Below, one piece after another: positions 1-13,213 of a stretch of 64,000 nt of DNA. The notes beneath the pieces are model-generated. The model was not told the origin of the DNA. It did no database searches and saw nothing but the letters and a program-made list of their open reading frames with translations. Both the position numbers and the translations under genes were made by a program. This DNA comes from the human T2T-CHM13v2.0 reference genome, Homo sapiens. The DNA is taken from NCBI RefSeq assembly GCF_009914755.1, contig NC_060945.1; one strand, 5' to 3'. Position 1 is the stretch's first letter; every line of letters starts with the position of its first letter.

Positions 1-1355
1 TACAGGCATTGGGTAAATACACCTGTTCCAAATGGGAGAAATTGGCCAAAACAGAGGGTCTACAGGCCCCATGCAAGTCCAAAATCCAACAGGGAAGTCA
101 AATCTTAAAGCTCCAAAATGACCCCCTTTGACCCCATGTCTCACATCCAGGTCATGCTGATGCAAGAGGTAGGCTCCCAAGGCCTTGGGCAGCTCTGCCT
201 CTGTGGCTTTGGAGGGTACAGCCCTTTTCCTGGCTAGTTTCATGGGCTGGCATCAAGTGTTTGCAGGTTTTTCCAGGCTCAAGGTACAAGCTGTTGGTGG
301 ATCTACAATTCTGGGATCTGGAGGATGGTGGCCTTCTTCTTACAATTCCACAAGGCGGTGCCCCAGTGGGGACTCTGTGTTGGGGCTCCAACCCCACATT
401 TCCCTTCCACACTGCCTTAGCAGAGGTTCTGCAAGAGGGTTCTGCCCTTGCAGCAAACTTCAGCCTGGATATCCAGGAGTTTCCATATGTCTTCTGAAAT
501 CTAGGCAGAGGTTCCCAAATCTCAATTCTTGATTTCTGGGCACCCACAGGCTCTTGCATCCTCTGAAGCAATGTGCTGAACTCTATATTGGCCCATTTTA
601 GACACTGCTGGAGCTGAAGCATCTGGCATACAGCGCACCATATCCTGAGGCTGCATAGAGTAGGAGGGCCTTGGGCCTGGCCCAGGAAACCATTTTTCAC
701 CCCTAGACCTCCAGGCATTTGATGGAAGAGGCTGCTGCAAAGGTCTCTGACATGCCCTGGAGACATTTTCCCCATTGTCTTGGGGATTAACATTTGGCTC
801 CTCGTTACTTACGCAAATCTTTGCAGCAAGCTTGAATTTCTCTCCAGAAAATGGGATTTTTTTTCTACCTCATGGTCAGGCTGCAAATTTTCCAAACTTT
901 TACACTCTGCTTCTTCTTGAAAGCTTTGCCGCTTAGAAATTTCTTCCCCCAATACCCTAAATCATCTCTCTCAAGTTCAAAGTTCCACAGATCTCTAGGG
1001 CAGGGGCAAAATGCTGCCAGTCTCTTTGCATAGCAAGAGTGTCCTTTACTCCAGTTCCCAGCAAGTTTCTTATCTCCATCTGAGTCCACTTCGGCCTGGA
1101 TTTCATTTTACATATCACTATCAGCATTTTGGTCATAGACATTCAACAAGTCTCTAGGAAGTTCCAAACTTTCCCACATCTTCCTGTCTTCTGAACCCTC
1201 CAAGTATCTAGAAAGTTCCAAACTTTTCCACAGTTTTCCATTTTTTTTTTCTGAGCCCTCCAAACTGTTCCAACCTCTGTCACCCATTTTCAAAGTCACT
1301 TTCACATTTTTGGGTATCTTTACAGCTGCACCCCACTCTACTGGTACCAATTTAC
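1..1355 (-). mobile_element. THE1 (ERVL-MaLR) internal sequence, 5' part; runs off the window start
   Basis: Minus strand directly after the LTR begins gtaaattggtaccagtagagtggggtgcagctgtaaagataccc, the THE1-int start. ORFs 152..793, 865..1089 and 1108..1350 resemble degenerate MaLR internal ORF translations. Confidence 0.92.
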
Positions 1356-1711
1356 TGTATTAGTCTCTTCTCATGCTGCTAATAAGGACATACCCGAGAC
1401 TGGGTAATGTATAAAGGAAAGAGGTTTAAGTGATTCACAGTTCCACATGGCTGGGGAGGCCTCACATTCATGGCAGAAGGCGAATGAGGAGCAAAGTCAC
1501 ATCTTACGTGGATGCAGACAACAGAGCTTGTGCAGGGAGACTCCTATTTATAAAACCATCAGATCCTGTGAGACTTCTTCACAACCACAGGAAGAGTATG
1601 AGCAAAATTGCCCCCATGATTCAGTTATCTCCACCTGGCCCTGCCCTTGACATGTAGAGATTATTACAATTCAAGGTGAGATTTGGGTGGGGACACAGGC
1701 AAACCATATCA
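1356..1711 (-). mobile_element. THE1C/D-type 5' LTR
   Basis: Minus strand reads tgatatggtttgcctgtgtccccacccaaatctc...ctaataca; TG...CA ends; about 355 bp; abuts the internal region. Confidence 0.92.
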
Positions 1712-1849
1712 CTGAGATAAAATGCAGGTGGAAAAGAGGCACTGGCTTGGGCAATATGTGGTGTTTGAGAGATAGAGGGAAATGGTAACTAGAAGACTAA
1801 GATATTGAGTATTGTTCATGATTTGAGAAGTGAAAATAACTGGCCCTAA

Positions 1850-2227
1850 GGAGATCAAACACAAATTCAGAAAGACATGTGAATGTCAGAGTCTCACTGG
1901 CAGTACTTTAAAAGCCTGAGAAATGACCAATTTAAAAACTAGGTTTATTGCCTAATGATAAGAGTAGAACTTAAGAGATAACTGAATAATCAGATTATCA
2001 AAATGCTGCCAAAGTAAAGCCTCTCATAAGGAATAAGTGGGGACTTGAAAAAACTTGGGTGGGAAGTGCTCTTAAAACTTTTGAATTTCTAGATTCTTGT
2101 AAACCCCCTGAACCTGAACAAGCATCCCCCTCCTCTCTGTTGAAAGACATAACCTCTCCAGATCCCACTTGCTTGAAGACATCTAAGAGCTCTCAAATGT
2201 GTCAGTTGCCTTACAAGACAATGCTTG
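1850..2227 (+). mobile_element. Old ERVL internal fragment (gag-like region)
   Basis: Resembles ERVL internal 5' region and the segment at 32560-33265; boundaries approximate. Confidence 0.5.
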
Positions 2228-2432
2228 CTGTCTTAGTCCATTTGGGCTGATGTAACAAGATACTATAGACTGGGTGATTTATAAACAGCATACATTATTT
2301 TCTACCGGTCTGGAGGATGGGAAGTCCAAGATCAAGGTGCCTGCAGATTCAGTGTCTTGTAAGGGTCTTCTCCTCCATAAACAACCAACTTCTCACTCTG
2401 CAATCACATGCAGAAGGGCTGAGGGATCTCTT
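2228..2432 (-). mobile_element. MaLR LTR fragment (MLT1A/MSTD-like)
   Basis: tgtcttagtccatttgggctg...ctggaggatgggaagtccaagatcaaggtgcctgcagattcagtgtc is a typical MLT1A/MST reverse-strand terminus. Confidence 0.8.
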
Positions 2433-2439
2433 GTAGTCC

Positions 2440-2860
2440 TTAGGAACACTGTTCCAACCCATTTATTATGTGATATGAAAGGTCATTTGCTGTAAGTGGG
2501 ATCCAGAGAAAGATATTTCTTGGCAGCTATTATAAGCAGTCTTGCCCATACAGCCTTATCATCCTGTAGAGCTCGTGATACTAGAAGTATCAGTGGTTTA
2601 AAACAAAACAAAAAGATACCATGTGCAGTCTGAAAAATATCTAAAGGAGCCATGCAATGAAAATTCCTAGTGTCCTGCAGCAAGGTTATGCCGTCTGTAG
2701 TAGGGAACCATGCACGCTAAAAAAGCAGTTTCTGGTATGCACCGAGCTCTGCTCCAGACAGAGCATGCAACTGTAGAACAGTAAGTGGCCCTGTCTCTAA
2801 AACTGACCAACATGAGCTGGATACGCTCAGAGCCCTTAAGTTATGAGTTTGGGTGCATAG
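2440..2860 (+). mobile_element. Degenerate ERVL pol fragment (RT connection / RNase H region)
   Basis: Collinear by eye with HERV-L pol (cccatttat...gtgggatccagag...ctagaagtatcagtgg...agcaaggttatgccgtct...atgagctggat); no open frame. Confidence 0.65.
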
Positions 2861-2919
2861 TGGGAGGAAAGATGATTTTCAATGATTAAGAGTTGGTGAC
2901 TTCCAAAGTTAAAATAACA

Positions 2920-3103
2920 TAGAAATCTCTCATTCTCTCTACTCTGCTAATAGGTATAGAAGCATGCCATGTTTTCATTTAAAGCATCAGCAGAAGGCAA
3001 GAAAGAAAGAATACTTTGTATTGATTGATTGATTATTTGGGTCAATGCCGCTTGACAGATTCTGAAGAACAAGAGGCGAGAATGTTTTAATCTACCGTGC
3101 TTT
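2920..3103 (+). repeat. Copy 1 of a locally duplicated ~180-bp segment
   Basis: ctctgctaataggtatagaagcatgccat...tatttgggtcaa...cttgacagattctg aligns with 5004-5200. Confidence 0.9.
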
Positions 3104-3763
3104 GTATATTAGGGAGAACAAAAATGAATTCTTATATGTATATGATATTTGAAGTTCTAGTGAGAGAAGTAGACTTTTTTGAAAGTGTGATGTTGTAGAA
3201 TGAAAGGAGGACATTGTTGGAAATAATTTATGGAAAGAAAAAGAAGCAATAGTTCTAAACTCAATATGATATTAAACTCCATACTTATTCTATAACACTT
3301 CCAAAACAGTAAGGATAATTTTGCAATGGTCTTCAACCGATTTTCAGTTTTTTTATCCAAAGGAATATAGACTGGGTGATAAGCATCTCTCAATCTAAGG
3401 AAGATAGTAAATGATATGACCTCCTCTGAGAAGATTTTGGTACCAAAAAGAATATTCAAGATTAATTTGCTTCCCTTTCCTACTGGGGAGGATCCAGTAA
3501 GTAAGAATAGCAGCGTATATTAAAAAATAAAAAGACTGACTCATAATAATAGTTTTCTCCAAGCCACGACATCAATAACTATCTTTGCCCCTTCAGCATG
3601 TGTTCTGAAGGTAGAGGGATTGAAGTACTCTAGGTGGGCTCCAGACTTAAATGAACAAATGATATGCATGTCATCTCTGATACTCTGCAAAACTTGTGAT
3701 TCCATGATCCTATGAGCTGTATGCCTTTACAGTCTCTTGGTGATCACTAAAAGGGACCAACTC

Positions 3764-3986
3764 TTTTTTTTTTTTTTTTTTTTTTTGAGACGGAGTCTCA
3801 CTCAGTCGCCCAGGCTGGAGTGCAGTGGCTCGATCTCGCTCACTGTAAGCTCCGCCTCCTGGGTTCACACCATTCTCCTGCCTCAGTCTCCCGAGTAGCT
3901 GGGATTACAGGCACCCACCACCACGCCCAGCTAATTTTTTGTATTTTTTTTTTAGTAGAGACAGGGTTTCACCATGTTAGCCAGGA
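3764..3986 (-). mobile_element. AluY, 5'-truncated
   Basis: Poly(T) then Alu right arm with AluY-type aagctccgcctcc and cattctcc; TSD ggaccaactcttt at 3754-3766 and 3984-3996. Confidence 0.95.
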
Positions 3987-4715
3987 CCAACTCTTTATTT
4001 AACACTTTGAGAGTGAATATTGGAAGTTTTTGTATATACAATTTTATTTTGGGTTGCCTGAGACACATCTCAGTGCTTCTAATGAAGACAAGAACTTGAA
4101 TGAATGTACCATGAAAACTGAGGACTATTGAACAACAGATGTGAAATTGCAAGGTGTATTAATTTGCATTGTGTGACGATCACACAGATGTGTTTCTTGT
4201 TTATATTCAGTCCATTAAGATCTGTTTAGTTAATTTATTCTCTTTGTTTAAAAGGGAAAAAAGCAAATGAATGTGGTAAATAGACCATTAAAACCAAAAA
4301 TGAAAAAATGCCTTCAATAGTTATCTATTTAATTTGGTAATTAGATCACATAGTTAATTTAAATGTTTAAAAAAGAAGCAATGACTAAAAACATGTACTG
4401 ATCTCCAATAAAGTAGCCCCTTTATTGTTTGTTTGTTTTCAAAAAAACAAACAGGTTTGAATTTAATTCACTCAACCACTAAGGTAGAAAACAACGGAAA
4501 CATAGAAGAGCACATAACACTATAATTAATCACAATACTTTCTAGAATATTTAATTCCTATTCCTTCATAGCTAATTATACATTATTCAATGAATCCATT
4601 TTAAATTATGTTTCCAGGTAAAAATACGTATTGCATGGTATGTTAAAATTATGTATTTCCCAATATAATAAAATCTTTTATAAGTTTATATCAGAAGTCA
4701 TCACACTATGCTTCT

Positions 4716-4906
4716 GAGGGCTAGACACATCTTTTTTTGTAAATAAAGTTTTATTGGAACATTGCCATGCTCATTTGTTCTATACTGTCTATTGCTGCTT
4801 TCATGCTACAGCAGCATGGTTGATTAGTTGCAACCAAGACCTTATGGCCTACAAAGCCTAAGGTATTTACCATCTTTCTCTTGACAGAAAAAGTTTGTCA
4901 ACCCCT
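4716..4906. mobile_element. MER58A-like hAT-Charlie DNA transposon
   Basis: ttttgtaaataaagttttattggaaca...cctaaggtatttacc...acagaaaaagtttgtcaacccct matches my recall of MER58A. Confidence 0.85.
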
Positions 4907-5003
4907 AATCCAATACATAAAATAAGGTAATAGAGAATATATTTTATTAGCTACATTATATATTACTGCTTTTTATCTTAAATTAGCAAGGCAGTAGCTG
5001 TTT

Positions 5004-5200
5004 TAGACATCTCTCTCTCTCTCTCCCTCTCCTTCTCTCCTCTGCTAATAGGTATGGAAGCATGCCATATTTCACTTAAAGCTTCAGCAGAAGGCGAAAA
5101 AGAAAAAAATATTTTGTACTGATTGATTTTATTTGGGTCAAAGCCTCTTGACAGATTCTGGAGAAGAGGATTCTAATAATAGCCAAGATTACCGCTTTCT
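5004..5200 (+). repeat. Copy 2 of a locally duplicated ~180-bp segment
   Basis: ctctgctaataggtatggaagcatgccat...tatttgggtcaa...cttgacagattctg aligns with 2920-3103. Confidence 0.9.
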
Positions 5201-8200
5201 GGTGCTGAGACCTGTTTGCCAGTCTAACAAAGGTAGCCAAAAGGACTTAGAAGGGGACTCTCTATGGTGTTGTAGAGTCCTCAAGCTGCAAGTTACCTTG
5301 AATCTACTCTCAGGGTAGCCTTCAAGTGACAATAACACAATTTGTTTCTATTCTTTAAAATGAATTAAAAACTTGACCCATGAAAATAATTTATTTGCAT
5401 AATTTGAAATAATTATGTTTATATATTTTATAATTATAAATATATAAGATAAATTTTGTAATATATAAACATAAATTATATAATCACTGATTATAAAAAT
5501 AACTATTTTTATTTTTAGAAAGATGAACAAATAAGGTTTTTCTTCTCGGACTCTTAGACTATGGCAACATGTTAGAAATACAACCTGCAGAAACTTTGAG
5601 CAGGTTGTGTGTGTGCGTCTGTGTGTGTTTTGGCACCAACCATAAAGTGGATCCTTTGCATGGGGATACAACAAAGAAATCTTTAATTGGGTGGTGTGAG
5701 CTGTGGTGGTTAAATAAATTTGTCTGGCCAGAAAGAGTTGTTTAGGAGGGAATTCCAGGAAAAGTCACAACTGGGAAGGTCAACCAGTTCTGTGGGTGGG
5801 TCATTACATTCAGGAATTCAGTCAGTATGTGTGAGGTCAGAATCCTGGGAGGTCTGTCCATGCAGGAAAAGGAAGCCAACAAGTAGGTTTGAACAGGCAG
5901 GATATTGGCCCTGGGTGCCACATGGGAAGGAAGAGTAAAATTATACATTCAGCCATTGGTTTCTCATCACATGGTTCAAGCCTCAGGGCAGGAATCCAGC
6001 GTACAGAGGGCAGAGGGTACTGGGCAGTGACAAGTTTTTGGTCTAAAGGGAATATAAGGACATTTGACCCGAACCATCAAGAACTTAAAGAATTATGGAA
6101 AATAGAGGAATGAGCAAAGACAAAGATATCTCAAGCCTGAAGGAAAGAGATATTTGAGGGAAATTGTGTCTGTTTTCAAGTCCTAGTAGAATCCCTTGCA
6201 ATGTCCCTCCTCCCTGGAAGGCAAGAGGAGATTCTGCTCCCAGAACAGGCCTTGGAGTTGTGGCTAGTCTAAGCTTTCAAGTTCACCAAAAGACACAAAA
6301 CAAGACAGAGTCTGATATTCAATGGGGTTTCCCTTAGAGATATCAAACTCCTGTGAGTTACACAATCTAATCCACTCAATTTGGGAAAGAGAGAGAGTAA
6401 TGGGAATACTTCTTAGACAAATGTCAAAATATTGAATTAAGAAGTAGTAGCCAAAATGTTCTATTATGAAATATTTTGTCTTCTCAGGTCAGAGTCAGAA
6501 ATCATGAAACTCCCATGATGAGTTTAACTTGTCAGTCTGATTTGTATCTCCTGTGTTCTGGCTTTTAATTCCTTCTTATTGTCTCTATTTCACACCACAT
6601 TCTGATTTCAGCATTTCTGACACCAGTATGCTAACCCCCAGTTTTTTCCAGGAATTCAGTTTGATATGTCTTCTCAACCTATGGCATATTCTGGCTCCAA
6701 TTAACCTGCTTTAGTGCTTCAGCAAGAGGGGCTTAAATCCCTCCCATGTGAAAAATGATGACGATGCTATTTTTTACGTTACTATATTCTGCTTTTCCAA
6801 AATCCATCCAGCCAGATTATGTCCTGATAGCATGTTAACGCTGGTTTGCATGGGGGACTCTTTCAGAGTAAGGGTGCCAAGATTTTTTTTTATTGAATTA
6901 TGATGATAATCAAAGGCTTTTAGTAACTATTAGATTAACTTGTATAATAACAGCAAATCATAACAAGACAGTGTCATGAACTCTAGCTTTCAATTCTGAA
7001 GTTTAGACAAGTGTGTACTTGTATGTGTGTGTATACCTTTATTTGTACTTCTGAGAATTTACGTAATTTATTTACTACTCATTCTCTAAGTCATTTGAAG
7101 AAAATAAGTTACCATCTAAAGAATGGAAATTTAAAGACAAACACCCTAAAATGAGAAATTAACACGGTGATGTTAGTATTGACTTATAAACTCATGCTTC
7201 AAGTTGAAAGACAAACCATTGAACTTCATATATTTATATCAGTTCTCTTAGCCTTCATCAGTTCTCACAGCCTTTTAAAATGCTAGGTAAACATATATGC
7301 TTGCTATCTTTCAGGTTTATGTTTGGTTTGTCAAAGCATACACTAAATAATTTTATTCTGCATAAAATCAGAAAGATACTATTTTTAAAAATAAAGATTG
7401 ATACATGCGAAAAATTGCATGGAAATTAGAGACAATGTGAAATGTAATTGAATAGCAGATTAGTTGGAATAGTTATAAGAGAAAATACAAACTGTGATAG
7501 TTAGGGAAGAGACGTAAGAAGTAAAGTAGCTTGGATGGTTCTTCCTTACAGTATAGACATTGAAAAACATTTTCAAAGCTTAAGTAAGAAAACAACTCAA
7601 TAAAATTGAGAAAAGAGAGATGAAAATATCATGGAGGGATGACTGTTCACTTTTGGCTTAACTATAGTAAGACTCTACACCTAAACTTTTCATAAGCATA
7701 AACAAAATTTGGCCAAAAAATCTAGAATTCATTAAGTTATTGATAGCTACCTGATACTAGTTCATAAAGTAAGGGATTAATTTCTAATTTATAGGCTTTA
7801 ACTGTGTTTTGCCATATGTACTTACAGCCAACTGGTGGTTCCTAGAATGATTTCAGATGGTATATTAATAAACATTTCAAAAAATGTATTTAAGTATTAA
7901 ATATGTATTTTAAAAATATAACTGTCACAAAAAATGATGTGTTAGGTAGTTGCCCAAAGTTTGTTTGTTTTTTTCCCTTGGCTGTATGTATATAAGTTAA
8001 AAAAAAGAGAGTAAGTTAAAAATGAAATATTAATATATAATAAAATGTGATATAAAGATTCGGTCAAATATACGAAAGTGATGTAAAATTAACATCTTCA
8101 AAACCCCAACATAGAATGCCAATAAGGCTAGACCTTTCAGGGACTGAAGTGTTCCCATTCACCATTAGGCTACTTCCCTCATAGTTAAGGTATTTGGGAA

Positions 8201-9084
8201 ATCAAACTGAACATGAAAAAGTTGATTAGCAAGCAGAAACTCAACAGCAAGGCATCTGGCTAGTTTTGATAACTATATCAGCAAGGTCATATAAAAATCT
8301 GGGATCCACTTGAGAACAATGTAGTCGAGTTCTATGATGTTGGAGATACTATATAAATACATTTTACGATATTCAGTAGCTCCCTGTATTATCAGGAGAT
8401 GGTCTTTATAGGCTTAATTTTTAGGAAGGTCCAGAGAGCCGGCTCCTGAAAAATTAACATGACACCCTTGAAGAAAACAATGTTTATGTTGACTTCTGAG
8501 GAAGACAAGCATCCTGGGAAAACAGGCACTCAGCCTGTGGGAGGTGTCAGCAGAAAATGTATCCCCAACAGGAAATACCAGGCTTTAATCAATGGAAAGG
8601 TGCTTTTATTGAGTACAAAATAAGGTCATATTCCATTTCTGCTCTCATTTCTCAGCCCGCTCTTTCCTAGTATGTAAAATAACTTACAGAGTTGCTTGGA
8701 ACATTAAACAAAATAATGTCATATGGCAAGCACTCAGTAATAACATTATGATTACTTGTCCTGAGAAGCTGGTCATATGTTGTGTGTATGTTTGAGAATG
8801 GTGATTGCGAAATTGAAGAAACCATTTTACTTGGAGGGACCTGTGGGGAATGTGGGCAGCCTTAAGCATAGATCTGAAATCACTCAAGGGAAAACATTCC
8901 TTCTACTTTGGCACTCTGGCAGCAACAGCTGCTGTGGTAAGCACTGAGGTCCTGGAAGCAACAAGGCTGAAGTGGCCGTGAGGAGTAGACAGGAGTGGGA
9001 TGAAGAACACCTTGAGCTTCCAGGGAGTTTCTGGGGAGAGAAAGAATGAATGATTTTAAGTCCCAAAGTAGGGCCTTGAGAGCA

Positions 9085-9301
9085 GCATAACATGGTGCTG
9101 AGCTGATAGACTCTGAAGTTCAGCAGGATCAGTACTAATTGTGTGGCCTTGGACAAGTTATTTAACCTTTTGAAATCTGTTATCTTGTCTGTAATGTAAT
9201 GAGGATGGTGATGGGAATGACTGTCTCAGAACACTGCTGTGAGGATTAAATACGAAATCTGGGTGAAGTGCCCAGCTCAGTAAAAACACTCAGTAAATAC
9301 T
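9085..9301 (+). mobile_element. MIR
   Basis: Core tgtgtggccttggacaagttatttaacct and 3' gtgaggattaaat...cactcagtaaata. Confidence 0.8.
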
Positions 9302-10528
9302 GGCTCAGAAGGAAAAAATAAAACAAAATGTAAAACAAACAAAAATAAAGCATTGTTATCTCCAAGGCTGTAGTGTAGAGAAACAAAAGAATGCATTTTT
9401 ATAACTGAATGCATTGGTCCCAAGTCTTGACATTCTGCACACAGTGGATCCATAGTCACATATAAAATGCATGTGTCTTTCTTTTTTCCTACTGAAGCCA
9501 TAGGCCCCTTTAGATTTTGGCACTTACTGTGAAAGCCAAACAGCAGGAATTTCTTGGCCACATTTAAGGTGATTGATCTTTTATTTTCAGAATATCTTTT
9601 GTCAGAATGTCGGTGAGTTGCATCTCTGCACGTAACCTTGAAATAAAGATGAGCAGCTTTTCTTCTCCACACTTAAAGTGTCCTTTATTTCCAGGGAACT
9701 AGCGACATGCTAATATCTCTGAAAATATCTTCCTTAAACTATTTGATAAGATGCTTCACAGAAATAGAAAACAAGGGGACTGAGTACCAGTTGCTCTAGA
9801 GAGTCACAGCCTTGAAGTTATGAGCCCCTAGGGAAAGGCCACTGGGAAAGTGCTGAGCAGACTAAGGAAATACTTCAATCAGAGCAGAATACCAAGATAG
9901 TTGCCTATGGGTTAGATTTAAAAGATTAGTGGAATATACCTCACTGTTCACAGGAAGGAAGGCTATCACTGAGGGTCTTCCTATACTGGAATCCTCATGG
10001 AACAAAGAAATAACATTGAAATGTTGACATCCAGGCTTGTATACAATAATTTTAAGATTTTCTGCCTCTATTTCTAGATTCTTGAGTATTTAGTTATGGT
10101 ATTCCCAATGCAAAAATTAATCCTCAGGCTATGAAGGACAAATCTGGCTTCAAAAGTACTAAGGCATCAAGAAAAAAAGAGAATTAAGTCAACTAAAAGA
10201 AGGCTAATGCCTGAATGTATCAATCGAATTGGTTTTATTATGATTGCTTTGGTCCATGTAACATGAAATATTTACACAAATTGGAAAAGCTTGCATAGGT
10301 CCTTTTATTTGCATTTGTCAGCTCTATTGTCCTTCTGAACTCACTATGCAAAGAGAAAATTCCTTTTAAGCATTGAGAGGATGATGAAGGCATGCTTTCT
10401 AGTTCTACTCCTTCTCCCATTCATTCATGACATATTAAATGAGAGATAATGCTCAGGCTAAATACATAAAAGGAAATTGGTCAGTCTGCTCCAAAAAAGA
10501 AAAAAAAAGTTTGAGATCTAGAGAAAAC

Positions 10529-10529
<1 letters not shown>

Positions 10530-10561
<32 letters not shown>
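10530..10561. repeat. (GA)n microsatellite
   Basis: Direct reading of the sequence. Confidence 0.95.
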
Positions 10562-10563
<2 letters not shown>

Positions 10564-10647
10564 TGAGCTTAAGAAACATCTATCTGAATTCTGAAAAGGG
10601 AGAGATTAACAACTAGAAAGGTGTGAGTGACTTCCTGGAGGTCTTGG

Positions 10648-10885
10648 AAGGCAGTTTGGTGGCTATGGATGAGAGCAGAGTCCAGCTTCAGATGGCTGTT
10701 GTTCAAATCAGACTCAACTGTTTGCTAATCATGCAATGTTGGTCAAGTTACTTAGTATTCTGGGTCCTAATATTCTTACTTGTCAAAAAGTGGTAATAAT
10801 ACAACCTACTTCAATGCCCGGATATATTAATAAATTACAAAGTGGAAAGCACTTAAAACACTACGTTACATTTAGTCAACTCTAC
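10648..10885 (+). mobile_element. MIR
   Basis: gttcaaatc...ttggtcaagttactta...tgtcaaaaagtggtaataatacaacctacttca. Confidence 0.7.
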
Positions 10886-11439
10886 GTAAGTAGAGTTTCA
10901 CAGTAAGTGCCAAAATCTGAAGGTACCTAAGTCAATAGGCCTGCCCTGAACTCAGGCAGGTTCCATTAATTTACATGGAAAAGTATGCAAATAAATTAGG
11001 TTTTGTGTTCTTGTTGTCCTTGTGTGTTCCCTCATGAACTTGTTTTCTGACACTACAATGCTAAGATTACGGTATTGACTATCATCTCTTCCCCATCTTG
11101 TGTACATTTGTAAAGATGCATGTTAGTCTTGGCTGCCAGCCATACCATCTGGTCCTAGTGGTTAAGGGAACAGAGAGGTAACTGAGGAGATAATTTTTTT
11201 TAAAGTGTTCATGAATTAGATATGTAAGAACTAGTTCCTTCTGAATCAAATTATGAAAGTTAGTATGTTTGGAATAAAAATAGCTAAGGATGTTTAAATA
11301 TGGACATTTCTGAAGTAATCCTTTTAACTCTGTCCTTCACCTAAAGTAACAAAATGGAATGCTGAGACTAATTTAATTTTGATAGCCTGAATTTCTATGC
11401 TGTTTTAAATATAGTTTAATCACATAGCTTGTTTAGGAG

Positions 11440-11785
11440 GACATCTGTGGTTTAATGGGAAGTTGATTGGAATTGGAATTAGAATAATGCTTTCCAAACC
11501 GTTGTCTGTAGGAAACAGGTCCCGCAAGATGTTTGCAAGTGTTCTATGAAAAGAGATTTCTTCAGCAAAATAAGTAGGAAAATGTTGAATTAGCAGATCT
11601 CATTTCAGAACCCAACTTTGCCATTTATAGGTTATGTAACTTTGAAGGAGCCGCAAGTTTTCTGAACTCCACTTGTAATATCTCACAAGTTTGTTTGGCT
11701 TTTTTTTTTTTGGTGGAATAAATAAGATCATGTACATGAAAGACCTGAGAAATGTGTCCTTGATATATGTCAATGGACTCAGCTT
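11440..11785 (+). mobile_element. MIR interrupted by a ~100-bp hAT-Charlie-type MITE (11485-11587)
   Basis: MIR head and tail flank an insert with degenerate terminal inverted repeats (taatgctttccaaac / gtaggaaaatgttg) and an 8-bp TSD aattagaa / aattagca. Confidence 0.55.
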
Positions 11786-12269
11786 CAGCATTCCAATGAA
11801 ATGGGCCTGAAATTGGGCGCTGTTTTTCATGTGGTTATCATTCAAGTTTAGAGAGAAAGTAATGCCTGTAGGATATGGAAAAATTATCAGGTTATTAGAA
11901 AGAGTTCCATCTGCTACTTCTGACTTGGATATAAATAGAAAAACTGCTAATCCTAAAAAGGTTTTTTTTTTTAAAATGCTTGTTTTAAGGGCATATTTTC
12001 TCTTTAATGCTTTTTTTCTATTAAAAAACCCTTATGTATCTGTTTTACCAACCGGTAAAGCAAACCAAAAAATACAGAAAAACCAAACATCAGAAGAAAA
12101 AAATAATCTCACGCTTTATGATGTTAAACCATCAGTCAAGAATACATGCGATTTTAAAAACAGTGAATGTACTTAAAGCTATGAATAGTTATGAAAAATA
12201 GTGATTGAAATATTACTATGGGCTTAGAAAAAAAACTATGAAAAATAGTGGTTGAAAAACTAGTATTAT

Positions 12270-12905
12270 TCAAAAAGCAAAACAGCTAATACCATGTTGG
12301 AAGATATGTGAAACAAGCAGAAGTCTCACATGCTGCTGGTGATGATATAAAGAGGTACAACCATTCTGGAAAACTATTTGGAAGTATACACTAAAGCTGG
12401 ACATAGGCATACCCCATGACCCACAATTCTAGAAACACGTGTTTTCCAAAAGACAGGCACTAGAATCTTAATGGCAGTGCTATTTGTAATAGCCCCAAAG
12501 TGAGAAACTGTTTAAATGACCATGAAATGTATAGTGGCCAAATAAATGGTTGTCTATTCACACAATGGAATATTATGAGCAAGAGAATGAATAATCTACA
12601 ACTTTAAGCAACAATGCAAATGCATCTCACAGACATAATTTGAATACAAACTCCAGACATAAAAGGGTGTGTAGTATTTAATTTTATTTGTGTAAAACAG
12701 GAAAATCTAGCTATGTTAGAAGTTAGGATAGTGATTACCTGAGAAAGGCAGTAACTAGAATAAAAGGCAATAGGCCTGCCCTGAACTGAGATGCAGGTTC
12801 TATTTCTTGATCTGGTACTGGTTACATGGATGTTTGTAAAAATGTATTGAGCTATAAACATAAGTTATGTGTACTTTTCGGTGGCATATTTCACTCTGGT
12901 AAAAA
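12270..12905 (+). mobile_element. Old L1 (L1MC/L1ME) 3' end
   Basis: ctggaaaactatttgg...atgacccacaattcta...gtaatagccccaaagtg...cacaatggaatattat...ttcttgatctgg are L1M 3' motifs. Confidence 0.8.
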
Positions 12906-12912
12906 GATAAAC

Positions 12913-13213
<301 letters not shown>

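Noticed and set aside
152-793. 213-aa minus-strand ORF, the longest in the track
   Set aside because: Lies wholly in THE1 internal sequence and is a degenerate MaLR ORF remnant, not a host gene.
1150-1265. ~54-bp imperfect tandem duplication
   Set aside because: I recall it as a feature of some THE1-int consensus sequences, so it is not locus-specific.
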